Assembly (NCBI GenBank): GCA_036339735.1
Contig: JAYZAL010000007.1
Coordinates: 1 to 57,014 of the forward strand
Length of the DNA: 57,014 nucleotides
Direction of reading: 5' to 3'
Origin: Candidatus Poribacteria bacterium
GTDB taxonomy: Bacteria > Poribacteria > WGA-4E > UBA9662
Part shown: positions 10,990 to 21,747 of the stretch, one piece after another
Numbering within the stretch: position 1 is the first letter of the stretch
Layout: each line of letters begins with the position of its first letter
Made by a program: the position numbers and the translations under genes
The notes under the pieces: model-generated
Seen by the model: the letters and a program-made list of their open reading frames with translations, nothing else
Told to the model about the DNA's origin: nothing
Databases searched by the model: none

Positions 10990-11563
10990 TCCAACTCCTG
11001 TAATTTATCTATTGATGTTCAGTATTGAAAATAAATTGCCTGTACCTAAAAAAAAAACAGCCGATTTTTGACAAAGCGGACTGTTGTACATAATACTCAC
11101 TCTCGCAATCCATAGAATTTTCATAGTCTAAACGCAGAGTAGTACAGGTATCGTATCGTTTCTCTAGTGAGAAATATGAAACACTGATCAGGATATATTT
11201 TCTTTTTGACAGGTTAGAATGTCAAAAATTGACGGCAAAAAATGGGTTTTACCCTGCCGAGTTTGCCTCGGTTTTTTTATGTCTGTAAGTAGATGGTTAT
11301 TTCGGAATACTTGGTGGTAACAATCATGGATCATGGAATTTGGCCTTATATACAATGGAAGAAAAGATTTCAGCTTATCTAGATCAAAATCATTGTTCTT
11401 TTCATCAATGGTCTTCTTACCGATTCGGTTGTACCTAAAATCTAACTCAGACAAAATCTCGATTATGATTTATATACCTATTGTTAACTATCTTTCCTCC
11501 CACCGATAGCACCCACTAACTCAGTCCCACTACTTTCACGAATTACGAAATGACACCATAATC

Positions 11564-11612
11564 TTCGTTCAACGACAATCCTTCTCAATTTTCAATGAGT
11601 ACGTTGAATGAA
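11564..11612 (-). terminator. Hairpin just downstream of the CotH gene stop (possible terminator or stabiliser)
   Basis: TTCGTTCAACG (11564-11574) vs CGTTGAATGAA (11602-11612), 10/11 complementary, inner CTCA/TGAG stem; no clear U-tract. Confidence 0.35.
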
Positions 11613-11640
11613 CTAGAACAATTATGAAATTTCTCTTTCT

Positions 11641-14600
11641 CTATGGTTGCCTGCTTTCGCTCGGGTAAGTAGTTTCATTCTTTTTATCCGATTCATTGAG
11701 AACGATTTCTCGCAGAGGCCCCCATTCTTCATCTTCCAAGATTCGACAAAGAACACGATCACCATCGGTATTGACTATCGTCAATGGCTTTTCATATAGG
11801 TGCGCATCCGCATGAAGACCTCCGCCAAACATCCGTGGGTCTTGACCTGTCGTTGTGTAGTAGATTTTGAATCTGCCTGCCATAAGCTCCAACTCTTGAT
11901 TGTCTCCTTCCGACCAACGAACTGAAATCTCTGGTAGATCTGGGTATAAACCGCGACTAAACAACTGGTTGACAACAACTTCCGTTCGGTGAGGTATGTA
12001 CTGGTTTTTGGTACGATTAACTTCTGCAAACCAACTTTGGTGTTTAGCAACACCAGAGTTGTGAGTCTCGACGCGCCATTCCGAATTAGTGAGTACCGAT
12101 TCATAAGTCTTGCGTGGGTTTCCCCATCGAGCAGCCTCGGCAAATAGAGCTGGCTCAATTTCAGCAATACGTCTATCAAATAATTTTCTCACATATGATG
12201 GGGTCAAAACTCCGTCGCGGAAAAAGTGTTTCGAGATTCTGTCTGTTAATAGTACGCGGAATTCTTCATTTTCTAGTAATCGCTGATACAACCAATGTGG
12301 GTTACTTCGATCGGCAGTATCCCCGATTGGAAAGGGGCCTAGGCGATCTTCTTGGAGATCCAGTAGAGTATGTTCGGCATCCCAAATGATGAATCGGAAT
12401 CCCTTATTTTGGGTGCCATTGATGAGTCCATGCCAGTTATTCCCTCCACGATTGTGGCCGAACCAGCTAATGGGTGCGTCCAAGTTACCACCATAGAAGA
12501 TTATCAACATGTAATCAACAAGATTTACTGGATCAAGTAGTCGATTGGAGTCAGGGTCTCGACTACCGTCCGGTTTAACTCCAATCATCTGACAGTAGGT
12601 CTCCAAGTCGCTCAAGTCGTCTTGTGACAGTTCATCTAGATGTGTCCAGATCTTCATATTGCCATCAGTGGCAAAGACCTGATAACGACGATCCTGATCC
12701 TCGTCCTCCGAGTATCCGCCCATGATTTTCACAACATCAAACCCATCTTTCTCACCTCCAATATACGATTCACCGAAGAAAGCTTTTGGTCGCTCACAGG
12801 TATTGTAAAGACCCCAGTAGTGTCCGTTGATGTAAAGGTGACGAAAATTACCGCGTGGTGCAGGATGGCCCATGGCCAATTGCAAGTCCCGGTTGAGTTG
12901 ATCTCGAACATACAGTGCCTTAGAACTGAATCCATGGTGCCAAGCGTAGTTTTGGCTACACCTCAAATCAATATGACTAAATTCCTTAGCGGCATTTCCG
13001 CCAAACAGATCGTATTTGAGTCTCCTTGCTCCGTATCGAGGACGGAAAAAAAATCGGAAGCCATGCTTAGGAACATGTGGTTGTCGACTAAAGCCTCCTC
13101 TCATACGGATACCAGCGTTGATTTGGAACCCGTGTTCTTGTCCATCTTCCGTCGGCAAAAGTTCAATTGAGCAGTTCCGTTCGGCTTTTCTCCCGTGCCA
13201 ACCCGCATGCGCATAGATTCCGTTCTCATCGCTGAATAAGTTTTCATGTTCGATGGCGACCGAATAGGAAGGAATAGCCCACAGCGATTTTAGAACTTTT
13301 TCTCGGTATTTGTGATCACCTGTAATGCCTGCATCCATTCCGTAGTTTGATTTACCAACCCCCCATTCGTATGGGTAATTAGCTGGCGGTAAACCATCAG
13401 CCGAGTCGTCGATACGATCTGCTGGGAAAATATAACTCCGCGTAATAATTGGCGTGGGCGAATAGCCTGGTTTGTACCCTTGGGCACGAATAATGGTAGT
13501 CTTTTCAATTTCAAGTGGATGATCGATTACCGGGCTTAATTCGTTCGGCCTGCTCCCGTCTGTTGTATAACGAATTGTGACATCGCTATCTACCGAACTT
13601 ACCCTCAATGTAAAAGGAGCTTTGAACAGACCGTGTGGTTGGGATAACTTGATCGTTGAAAGTGAACCAACGTGTGTCCCCGTGTTTTTTCGGCCAGGAG
13701 TCGGAAAAGCTAAGAAGGCAGGAAATTTTCCTTCAGTACCGTCATCAGACAAGGGAAATCCGAAGGAGATATTGGATCTTTGCTTAGGGTATTTGGTTTT
13801 GGAGATTTCTGACTTCTCTCCATTTGGACTAATCAGACTCAGGTACTCACCTCCTTTTTTAAGTTGGAAATTTGTGTGTAGTGGCCGACCGATTTTCTTG
13901 CGATTTTTACCGGACGCAAATACAATCAGATACTTACCAGCATCTAAATGGATATCAGGGAAAAACCATCGGCGTGAACCTTTTTTCGAGTCCGTCAACG
14001 ACCAGTTTTTGAGTCCTTGCTTCTGGGATGAATAATTGTGAATTTCGATCCAGTCAACGAGTTCACCTTCCTCATCAGCCAATCCTGTTTTATTGTCTGT
14101 CATGAATTCTGTGATACGTAGGATACGAGTCTCTATTGATTGTGGTCCGATAATAGATATATTTTCTGGTTGACTTTTAGGTTGGATAACTTGGCTCAAA
14201 TCGTTTTTAGATTGACCCGATACCACCGCGCGGGCTTCCTGTAATTCCATTTTTTCAAGGCGACCATTCTTGTCGAAATCAAATCGTGTCAATAGGTGAT
14301 TATTCGTCGATTTCTCCTTCTTCCGCGTACGTTTATTTCCTGACCGGTTGATACTACCTCGAATCCAATCATACAACTCTTCAGGGAAATCTTTGATCTT
14401 TCCCTGTTTAGCATCCTGTTGCATTTTTTCTAGATTTTCCACGATTGGTCGGTCGTTAATGAAAGCTTTGTATTCTCCAACTAGATTACGCCACACATTC
14501 TCTAGTGCTTGTCGAGCGGCTTTCTCCTCGGCTTGATTCAACTCGCCATCACCATCTTTGTCATACTTTTTAATTCGTTGTTCATGACGTTTTCGATTCC

Positions 14601-14823
14601 GGATGAATCTGGGCCGTTTCACCGCAAATGGGCTACCAGCTTTTCGGAGTGTTTCACGTTCAACGGCACTGAGTCGTCCGTCTTTATCAGAGTCAAATTG
14701 GTCGAGTACACGTTGACGAATGGAAAAATTGATTTGTTTCTGTTTAGATACATCATTTTCAGCAGTTAGGCTAGTTATCAGAAAGTAGCAGCAAGTTATT
14801 AATAGCAATACTAATTTTCTCAT
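11641..14823 (-). CDS. Secreted CotH-family kinase with EF-hand motifs, lamin-tail domain and Fn3-associated/chitobiase-type domains
   Basis: Signal peptide; DSDKDGRLSAVE, DKDGDGELNQAE, DFDKNGRLEKME; LTD ITEFM..N..DEEG..DWIEIHN; IRYTTDGSRP; CotH GIRMRGGFSR..KHGFR, LYINGHYWGLYN..E, IIWDAE. Confidence 0.88.
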   Translation of the reverse strand: MRKLVLLLITCCYFLITSLTAENDVSKQKQINFSIRQRVLDQFDSDKDGRLSAVERETLRKAGSPFAVKRPRFIRNRKRHEQRIKKYDKDGDGELNQAEEKAARQALENVWRNLVGEYKAFINDRPIVENLEKMQQDAKQGKIKDFPEELYDWIRGSINRSGNKRTRKKEKSTNNHLLTRFDFDKNGRLEKMELQEARAVVSGQSKNDLSQVIQPKSQPENISIIGPQSIETRILRITEFMTDNKTGLADEEGELVDWIEIHNYSSQKQGLKNWSLTDSKKGSRRWFFPDIHLDAGKYLIVFASGKNRKKIGRPLHTNFQLKKGGEYLSLISPNGEKSEISKTKYPKQRSNISFGFPLSDDGTEGKFPAFLAFPTPGRKNTGTHVGSLSTIKLSQPHGLFKAPFTLRVSSVDSDVTIRYTTDGSRPNELSPVIDHPLEIEKTTIIRAQGYKPGYSPTPIITRSYIFPADRIDDSADGLPPANYPYEWGVGKSNYGMDAGITGDHKYREKVLKSLWAIPSYSVAIEHENLFSDENGIYAHAGWHGRKAERNCSIELLPTEDGQEHGFQINAGIRMRGGFSRQPHVPKHGFRFFFRPRYGARRLKYDLFGGNAAKEFSHIDLRCSQNYAWHHGFSSKALYVRDQLNRDLQLAMGHPAPRGNFRHLYINGHYWGLYNTCERPKAFFGESYIGGEKDGFDVVKIMGGYSEDEDQDRRYQVFATDGNMKIWTHLDELSQDDLSDLETYCQMIGVKPDGSRDPDSNRLLDPVNLVDYMLIIFYGGNLDAPISWFGHNRGGNNWHGLINGTQNKGFRFIIWDAEHTLLDLQEDRLGPFPIGDTADRSNPHWLYQRLLENEEFRVLLTDRISKHFFRDGVLTPSYVRKLFDRRIAEIEPALFAEAARWGNPRKTYESVLTNSEWRVETHNSGVAKHQSWFAEVNRTKNQYIPHRTEVVVNQLFSRGLYPDLPEISVRWSEGDNQELELMAGRFKIYYTTTGQDPRMFGGGLHADAHLYEKPLTIVNTDGDRVLCRILEDEEWGPLREIVLNESDKKNETTYPSESRQP

Positions 14824-14993
14824 TTAACTTTTTTCTTCTCTCCTAAATATTAAATCGGTATACAAACCGCTAAACACCGACTAAAATTAGATTGTCACTT
14901 TAGAGTCGTCATCCTGCTAAGCCTAAATGTAATAAGGATAGGAGAATGACATCCAAGTTGCCTTCAAAAATAAGCCAGAAAAATTTCGATCAA

Positions 14994-17711
14994 CTAATAC
15001 TGGCCAGCTCTCTCCCAATCAGGTGAGCCTCCTTGTTTTAATTTGGGATTTGGCCCATATTTATTCTCTTCGGCGTCACTATCAGATACATACCAGATCA
15101 AAGTTAGAGCCCAGCCGACGATAGGTACCAATCCGATCAGCAACCACCAACCACTGCGACCAACATCGTGTAGTCGACGCACACTAACAGCTAAACTAGG
15201 GATTATAATGCCAAGGCTATAAATGCCCATGGATGAACCGTAGGCGATTAAAATTATCTCCAAATTTCCCCCCATCATACTTACTAAGTTGACTGAGACG
15301 ATGGGCACGATGATGGTGGCTAGAACATTACAAGCTTGAAACATCCAGAATTCATTTCGTCTGGATCGGCCACTAAAAATAAGATATTTTTTCAACACTT
15401 GTAAGTACCAATAAATCGAATATCTACGGCTAAATAAATGAAGACAACACAAAAGAGCTGCAACCCCTAAGCAAACTAATCTAGTAAAATTTAACAATCT
15501 CGACCAATTCCTGAATGGAAAGTCGCGGCCAAAGACTTGGTCATTCTGCCAATTGTTCAAAGGGAAAGGCGTACCAAAGATCGAAGTCAAAGCCCATGGC
15601 TCTGGCGGAATAAACTCCCATTGCGGCATTCCATTGATGATTTCTGCCATTATTTGACTATTTCTTTTTTGGATAAATCCCCTACGTTCTGCCAATGCCT
15701 CAACAAATTCATAAGGAGATTGAGCTAATCCAAGATTGAATACTTTCAAAGCTAGAGGCGATTCGGTATTAATGATCAAATCTATTTCTTGATCCGATTG
15801 TAACTCCATATCTTTTTCTGCTAACACTGTACCCCTAGCCACAGCTTGTTGTGACTTGAGTTGAGCACCTCTACCAATACGAACTATCCGCTGATACGAC
15901 TGGCCAGGAACTAGAAATCCTAAATCTCGACTATAGGTGGTCTTACCCAAATTAATGTTAGCTTGTAGCCGGATTGGAGGGAAATCATCCTTATTTTCTC
16001 CTTCCAAGATTAACTGGCCGGATAATGAAATCCCTTCATCTAGAGAAAAATTAGCAACAGGCCGGATTACAAACCCCCATCCTCCCATGCCTTGGCTAAT
16101 CTTGATGAGACATCTATTTTCCCCTGAATTCAGCTTAACAATGAAACGGTCTTGATCGATCTTCACACCACGTACTTCCTCATATTGATGAACCACGTAA
16201 CCATTAATCCAAACTTTGACTGAGTCATCGCTACCCAGACCAAATTCAACATATTGGTCTTGGTCACTTTCGATCTCAGTGAAGGCGTAGGCCGTTACAT
16301 CATCGAACCGGCCTATCTCCCTCTCTAGATTAATGATCTCTTTTTTAGTTGAGATCGAACGCCATCTGAGGGGCTGATTCTTGGAGTTACGAAATTCCTG
16401 CTCTTGATTGGGCTGGATATTAGCTTCACCCCCTTGCTCTAATAGGAAATCTTGGCCCAGATCATGACTTCTTTGGGTATAAAAAGGACCTAACAGAAAC
16501 CAATCAGTAATAAATTTTCCTTTTTCTGTCTCATCATCTTTGTCTTCTGTCTCTACTATTTTTTTTATGGCGTTTACCTGAGTTTCTGTTTCTTCACCAA
16601 CAATCAGGTAGGGCTTGAGTAAAGATTCTATTCTTTCTGTCTCTGCTAGCAGAGACTTATCATTCCAGTGTTGTTCTATAATATTTATCAGTGTTTGTCT
16701 ATAACGTTGACGGCATGATTCTCGCTGATATAGTCGATTAGCGATTAAACCTTGTATCTTAACCGAAATGGGGTCCTGACTGTCGTCTCTAATTGGGCTG
16801 TATTTCTCAAATAGACTATCAGCGCCCCATGGAATAAAATGGAATTTGTCTGTCTCTGGGTGAAGATAAAAGAAGTAGTTATTAGAGTTACCAGAATAAC
16901 CATCCCAAAAGCTCAATAATCCTTCTAATGCCCAAAATCGATAAAATGCATCCAGATCGACTAATTTACCGATAGCTGTCTCTATATTTTTGTCAGGATT
17001 GTGTAAAACTTGAATCAGGTCCTTGATTCTTTTTCTCCCCTTTTTTTTAGATCCAAACTTATGTTCAAAAGAATCAACCCAACCAGAGTAAAAATCGACC
17101 ACTGTACCCTCGTACAAAACTCCTTGGTCGTTACCGAAGGACCGTTTTAACAGGGGACGATGTATTCTTTCTACATGTGTATAAATACCCAAATTTTGAC
17201 CATTGACCGTCAAATTAGCGTAAGCACATCGTGGTGCAGGTGAACCGGCAGCGTTAAATAACCCATATCCAATAAACTGGCTGATGAGGCTGACATCCTG
17301 CTGATTATTGTTAAAGGTTAAGTTAGTTAATCCATCAATTCGCCTGTCTTTATTTATATGATTGAGTTTGATTTTAAGAGAGGGACGATCAGTATTTTGG
17401 GAACCAATGAACCCTTTTTTACGAATACCAACTTGCGAGAATTCGATTCCATCGATAGAAACACTAGACTCAACATAAGTATAAGGATGGTCAGGCGGTG
17501 CATATTGTCGGCTTTCTGACAGAGCATCGGCAAACTCCCGAGATTGAAAGCGGATCGTATCCCAGTCGGTGGGCTTGAGAGTGATTTGTACATCCAAGAC
17601 TCGGTCAGTGGGAAAAATATCGTCAATTGTCAGTGTTGTATTTGTTTCGCCTTCAGCATTTACTATAGTTGCTAGAATAATTGAAAATAAAAACCACACA
17701 AATCTTTGCAT
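14994..17711 (-). CDS. CotH-family kinase with inserted PA14-like beta-domain and C-terminal DUF805 membrane domain
   Basis: VGIRKKGFIGS..RPSLKIK, LTFNNNQQD, VNGQNLGIYTHVE, WDGYSGNSNNY, FIPWGAD; insert DWFLLGPF..AYAF..LGSDDSVKVWING; C-terminal FSGRSRRNEFW..LAVSVRRLHDVGRSGWW..NKYGPNP (DUF805). Confidence 0.88.
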   Translation of the reverse strand: MQRFVWFLFSIILATIVNAEGETNTTLTIDDIFPTDRVLDVQITLKPTDWDTIRFQSREFADALSESRQYAPPDHPYTYVESSVSIDGIEFSQVGIRKKGFIGSQNTDRPSLKIKLNHINKDRRIDGLTNLTFNNNQQDVSLISQFIGYGLFNAAGSPAPRCAYANLTVNGQNLGIYTHVERIHRPLLKRSFGNDQGVLYEGTVVDFYSGWVDSFEHKFGSKKKGRKRIKDLIQVLHNPDKNIETAIGKLVDLDAFYRFWALEGLLSFWDGYSGNSNNYFFYLHPETDKFHFIPWGADSLFEKYSPIRDDSQDPISVKIQGLIANRLYQRESCRQRYRQTLINIIEQHWNDKSLLAETERIESLLKPYLIVGEETETQVNAIKKIVETEDKDDETEKGKFITDWFLLGPFYTQRSHDLGQDFLLEQGGEANIQPNQEQEFRNSKNQPLRWRSISTKKEIINLEREIGRFDDVTAYAFTEIESDQDQYVEFGLGSDDSVKVWINGYVVHQYEEVRGVKIDQDRFIVKLNSGENRCLIKISQGMGGWGFVIRPVANFSLDEGISLSGQLILEGENKDDFPPIRLQANINLGKTTYSRDLGFLVPGQSYQRIVRIGRGAQLKSQQAVARGTVLAEKDMELQSDQEIDLIINTESPLALKVFNLGLAQSPYEFVEALAERRGFIQKRNSQIMAEIINGMPQWEFIPPEPWALTSIFGTPFPLNNWQNDQVFGRDFPFRNWSRLLNFTRLVCLGVAALLCCLHLFSRRYSIYWYLQVLKKYLIFSGRSRRNEFWMFQACNVLATIIVPIVSVNLVSMMGGNLEIILIAYGSSMGIYSLGIIIPSLAVSVRRLHDVGRSGWWLLIGLVPIVGWALTLIWYVSDSDAEENKYGPNPKLKQGGSPDWERAGQY

Positions 17712-18818
17712 TAAATTTCTACCACATAAAATGCGAGCTATAGAAAGCGAAGCAATAACTTATAAATAAATTGCCGGTACTAACGAATTCCTGTCGCCAA
17801 GTTTAAGTAATATTGAAGGTCCTGATACCATTATCACTGTAGAAAAATTAGAGAAATCCATAACTGATTGGGTGACTGAAGCCTGTTATGGTGATGGTGG
17901 AAATTTCATAAGTCAGGATGGAACCAAATCAGCCTTAGTGGATAAGGATCGAACATGGTTAAGTAACAATAAAATATTTCAGGGAAGCATAAACCTCAAG
18001 CTTAGAGGAACGACTAATATTGACGTTTCAATCTCCTTGAAACTAAGCTGGGCGCACTTTTTTACCCTTGGTATTTTCATTTACCTTTTTGTGTGTCCAG
18101 CCTCTTTCTTTCGGCTGTTCCTCTATCTTGATCGTTCTAATACCGATGTCAACTAACTTACTCTTTGTTTTTTGACTTCTTGATTGGTAACAACAGTATT
18201 ACGACATTGTTAGGTTTGTTTATGTTTTTGTCAAGTAGTTTCTTTGAAGATTAGCTTCGCCCCGACAGAAATGAAATAGAATAGGCCTGGCAGAGCAATC
18301 TACAGAGGGAAAAACGCCTTAAGTGCATTAATTCATAGAATCGTGTAACTCAAGATATTAATAGTCCAGTTGGGTTTTACTCGATAACGACCTGTACCTT
18401 CTACGTTCCAGATACGAGTGTCAGACTTCTAGTAAAAGTAGAGATTATAATTAGTTGACTGAGAAATTTTCGACTGCAGAATAGTAATCGAGGGTTGAAG
18501 AAAAGAATCAAAGTGAAGTCTTTGCAATTCGGTTTAATCGGTATCAGTTCCATGAGTAGTGAAATGGAAACTAAATTTATGGCTGCTGTATACCAATGAA
18601 ATAGCTTGTCTGGCTTTTGTTCCTGCTCAGTCATATGCGAATAGACGTCTACATATCGGTTTCAACTTTTGAGCCTGAAAAGGATCTATGAGCAACTATA
18701 GGATCGGGATTGATTATCGAGCCGTTGATTTTCCCCTAAGATCTAAGACAGAATCGAGTATAATGGACTCAATTTTTAGTTCTAAATATATTTATCTTAT
18801 AGAAAGAGGTAGCTATAA

Positions 18819-19799
18819 ATGCCCAAAGAATTAGTTGCAGTTTCTCCTCGTCAGCCAGTATTACAGGAATATCAAGAATCAGCCATACTTGAAGGACAAG
18901 TTCGGATTCAGGTAGATTTCGGCGCTCCCAAACGAGGGTCAGAAATGACCATGTATTATGGTAACCGTAATGCCAAATTTCCAATGGGGTTAGGAAATAT
19001 GTGCGTTGGTCGGATTGTAGAAAAGGGTGATGGAGTCGATGGATTTGAGATTGGTGACCGGGTTGCTTGTCACGGACATCTGAGAGAAACTCACATCCGA
19101 TCGGCTGGACAATTGCTATCCATGAGTGAGCGAATGACATGGAAAGAAGCCGTTTGTTACGATCCAGCCCATTTTGCGCTGGCTAGCATTCGCGACGGTC
19201 AGGTTCGGCTCGGGGATCGGGTCGCCATTTTTGGTCTGGGCGCGATCGGGCAGGTAACTGCACAAATGGCCAAACTCGCCGGGGCAGATTTGGTAGCTGT
19301 AGTTGACCCGATTCGTATTCGGCGACAGGTGGCGCTGAACGCAGGTGTGGACATAGCCATAGACCCATCTTCCGAAAATGTAGAACAAGTTCTAAAAGAT
19401 GCTACTGGCGGGTTAGGAGTTGATGTAGCAATTGAAACCAGTGCGGTCTATCAGGCTCTAGATCAGGCTATCCGTGGATTAGCTTTTAATGGAACCGTAG
19501 TGGTAGCCGGTTGGGCCAAAGAGTGTACTGGTGGATTAGATCTTGGGGCTGTAGCTCACTTCAGTATTCCCAATTTGATCTTCGCTCGAGCCAACAGCGA
19601 TCCCAATCGAGATCATCCCCGGTGGGATTTCACTAGGATTCGCCATCACTGTTGGCAATGGTTATCGGCCGGAAAAATCAATTGTGAGGAGATTGTATCT
19701 CCTGTTGTTTCATTTGCTGAAGCAGCCGAAGCATATCAAGAGATGGATCTACATCCGGAACGAAGTGTCAAGCTTGGAGTCTCGTTTGGGGATGGATGA
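18819..19799 (+). CDS. MDR-superfamily (zinc-binding-type) dehydrogenase
   Basis: GRIVEKGDGVDGFEIGDRV, Rossmann GLGAIG, GVDVAIETS; canonical Cys and GHE zinc ligands not seen. Confidence 0.85.
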   Translation: MPKELVAVSPRQPVLQEYQESAILEGQVRIQVDFGAPKRGSEMTMYYGNRNAKFPMGLGNMCVGRIVEKGDGVDGFEIGDRVACHGHLRETHIRSAGQLLSMSERMTWKEAVCYDPAHFALASIRDGQVRLGDRVAIFGLGAIGQVTAQMAKLAGADLVAVVDPIRIRRQVALNAGVDIAIDPSSENVEQVLKDATGGLGVDVAIETSAVYQALDQAIRGLAFNGTVVVAGWAKECTGGLDLGAVAHFSIPNLIFARANSDPNRDHPRWDFTRIRHHCWQWLSAGKINCEEIVSPVVSFAEAAEAYQEMDLHPERSVKLGVSFGDG

Positions 19800-20040
19800 T
19801 TGTAATTGGTGCCCTAACCCAACTGAGTTAAGCCTGAGGTTTAGATAGATTAGCTACTTCTCCAGTGAAATCATCATCTAAGGAATTGATAGTTGATTAA
19901 GCTCTATCTGGTTTGGAACCGTTGGGTTCAGGGAGGGACTGATTGTCAGCGAAGGTAGACTGCCAAGAAATATCGATTAGTGAGTCTAGATCGATTCGAG
20001 AAGAGAAAGTAGCCAAATAGATTTTATAAACTACAAATTT

Positions 20041-21747
20041 CTAGTCGCGAAACCCAGATGGTATCTGAATAGTAATAGTATTAGATAATCCAGTGCCTTT
20101 GGGGCCAGACGGACTTGGACACAGAGCGTAAACACGATAGCGGTATATACTACCAGGAACAACTTGTTTGTCATGGGCAGTGGTAATATCGGCAGAAAAT
20201 TGTCCTATATGATTGTGGAATGGTTGGTTGCTTTCCCCCTCTGCTCTTTGTAAGATATATGCTCCTTCATTAGTAGCGTTGTCAGTCCATTTTAGGCTAA
20301 CTGACGAGCGAGAGATTGATACAGAATGTAAATTACTTGGAGCATTTGCTGAAGGTGGTCCAGGTTTAGGACCTCTTTGTTGATGAGAGGGTGGCCGAAT
20401 GGGAACTAGCGGTGGCTGGTCTCCCGGTTCATCCAATTGCTGACGAGCAGTTTTGTATCTCAAGTAAATAAAATCTTTAATCGATTGAACAATATCATTA
20501 TAATTTTGATCTTGTTTGTTGGTAGCTCGACGGCTTGGAAATGGATCCGTTTCTAAATCAGTTAAGATTTGCTTGTACAGTAGGTCTACTTTGGGTAGTA
20601 GCTTGTCGGGGTGAAAGTAATTTTCCAGAATTTTGTTAGCTAACGTTCGATAACGGGCTAGAAGTTTTGGGTCGTTGACGATTCGCTGGATTAGTGGAGA
20701 AGGTGAACCACCGATTAATGGCCAGGCAGCGTTCCAACCGTCAATTACTGGAATATAACCGAAAGCTTTGTCTGCAAACCCGACATCCAAATCCCAAGGA
20801 ATATAATGCCAACGGTTATTCATTGGGGAACAGTACAAATAATAATTATGTGGATTCGTACCTGTTAGTTGGTCAAAGGCTCCAGAAAACAACATGACAG
20901 CCATTGTCTTTAAAAAAGCATCTAAATCGATTATGGATTCTATAACTCGAGCAAAATCATTGTCGTTCGTTTCGTTGATCTTAGTTATCAAGTCAATGAC
21001 ATCTCGAGTCTTCTGCTGATTAGCAGCCTTCGATTTCGGCTCAAAAGCTGTAGGATTGGAATCCGTTTTTTCCATTGGTGGCAACGGACCCAGATTAGCG
21101 GACCACAGACTTGATCGGTCAAATATATCAACTTTATATAAAGATCCACCATCAGCTAATTCATTTTTGATAAAAACTCTATCAATACGCTCAACATTAA
21201 CGTATATCCCTTGGTATTTTCCATTCAAATATAGTTTGCTATAGTTAGACCGTGAGGCTTTGACGCCCAGCTGACGAAGAATTGATGTAATTAACCGTTC
21301 ACTAAATAAACTACCAAATTGAATACCGTTATCGAGTGATATTCGATTCAATCCAAGAAAAGATTGTCCTTTTTCAAATTCATTAAACTTAATGAGGAAA
21401 CCACGTTTATGCTTTTGATGTGGGTGAGATGAGCTATTACCTTTGTAGCGGACACCGACATTTTCAATAACTTGACCGGACCATTGAAAGGTAGCTGAAA
21501 CGTAAATTCGGCGAGGTAATGCTGACTTCATTTTTTGTAACTGATGATCGGAAATTTGTAAGTCAATGATCTGAACCTGATTTGGATCATAAAAGGTATT
21601 ACTATTTGGTAGTACATTAGCCGACGAACTGCCAATTGTTAGCCAAATCCATAGTCCAATATTCCATAATATCAATTTCCATACCCCAAACTTATTTTGA
21701 TCCGATGTCAGAAAAGACACACGTACTGTAGAAGTATTATTTGGCAT
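20041..21747 (-). CDS. CotH-family kinase with Pro-rich linker and C-terminal fibronectin type III domain
   Basis: VGVRYKGNSS, KRGFLIKFN, LYLNGKYQGIYVNVE, HNYYLY, IPWDLD; C-terminal APSNL..VSLKWTDNATNE..Y.LQR..YRYRVYA (FN3). Confidence 0.9.
   Translation of the reverse strand: MPNNTSTVRVSFLTSDQNKFGVWKLILWNIGLWIWLTIGSSSANVLPNSNTFYDPNQVQIIDLQISDHQLQKMKSALPRRIYVSATFQWSGQVIENVGVRYKGNSSSHPHQKHKRGFLIKFNEFEKGQSFLGLNRISLDNGIQFGSLFSERLITSILRQLGVKASRSNYSKLYLNGKYQGIYVNVERIDRVFIKNELADGGSLYKVDIFDRSSLWSANLGPLPPMEKTDSNPTAFEPKSKAANQQKTRDVIDLITKINETNDNDFARVIESIIDLDAFLKTMAVMLFSGAFDQLTGTNPHNYYLYCSPMNNRWHYIPWDLDVGFADKAFGYIPVIDGWNAAWPLIGGSPSPLIQRIVNDPKLLARYRTLANKILENYFHPDKLLPKVDLLYKQILTDLETDPFPSRRATNKQDQNYNDIVQSIKDFIYLRYKTARQQLDEPGDQPPLVPIRPPSHQQRGPKPGPPSANAPSNLHSVSISRSSVSLKWTDNATNEGAYILQRAEGESNQPFHNHIGQFSADITTAHDKQVVPGSIYRYRVYALCPSPSGPKGTGLSNTITIQIPSGFRD

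Noticed and set aside
11188-11454. 88-aa minus-strand ORF
   Set aside because: TTG start, no RBS, no recognisable motif; may be spurious or decayed
17712-18800. Track ORFs 17872-18156 and 18401-18634 in a 1.1-kb gap
   Set aside because: No family motifs or convincing RBS; manual translation of other frames gave only short runs
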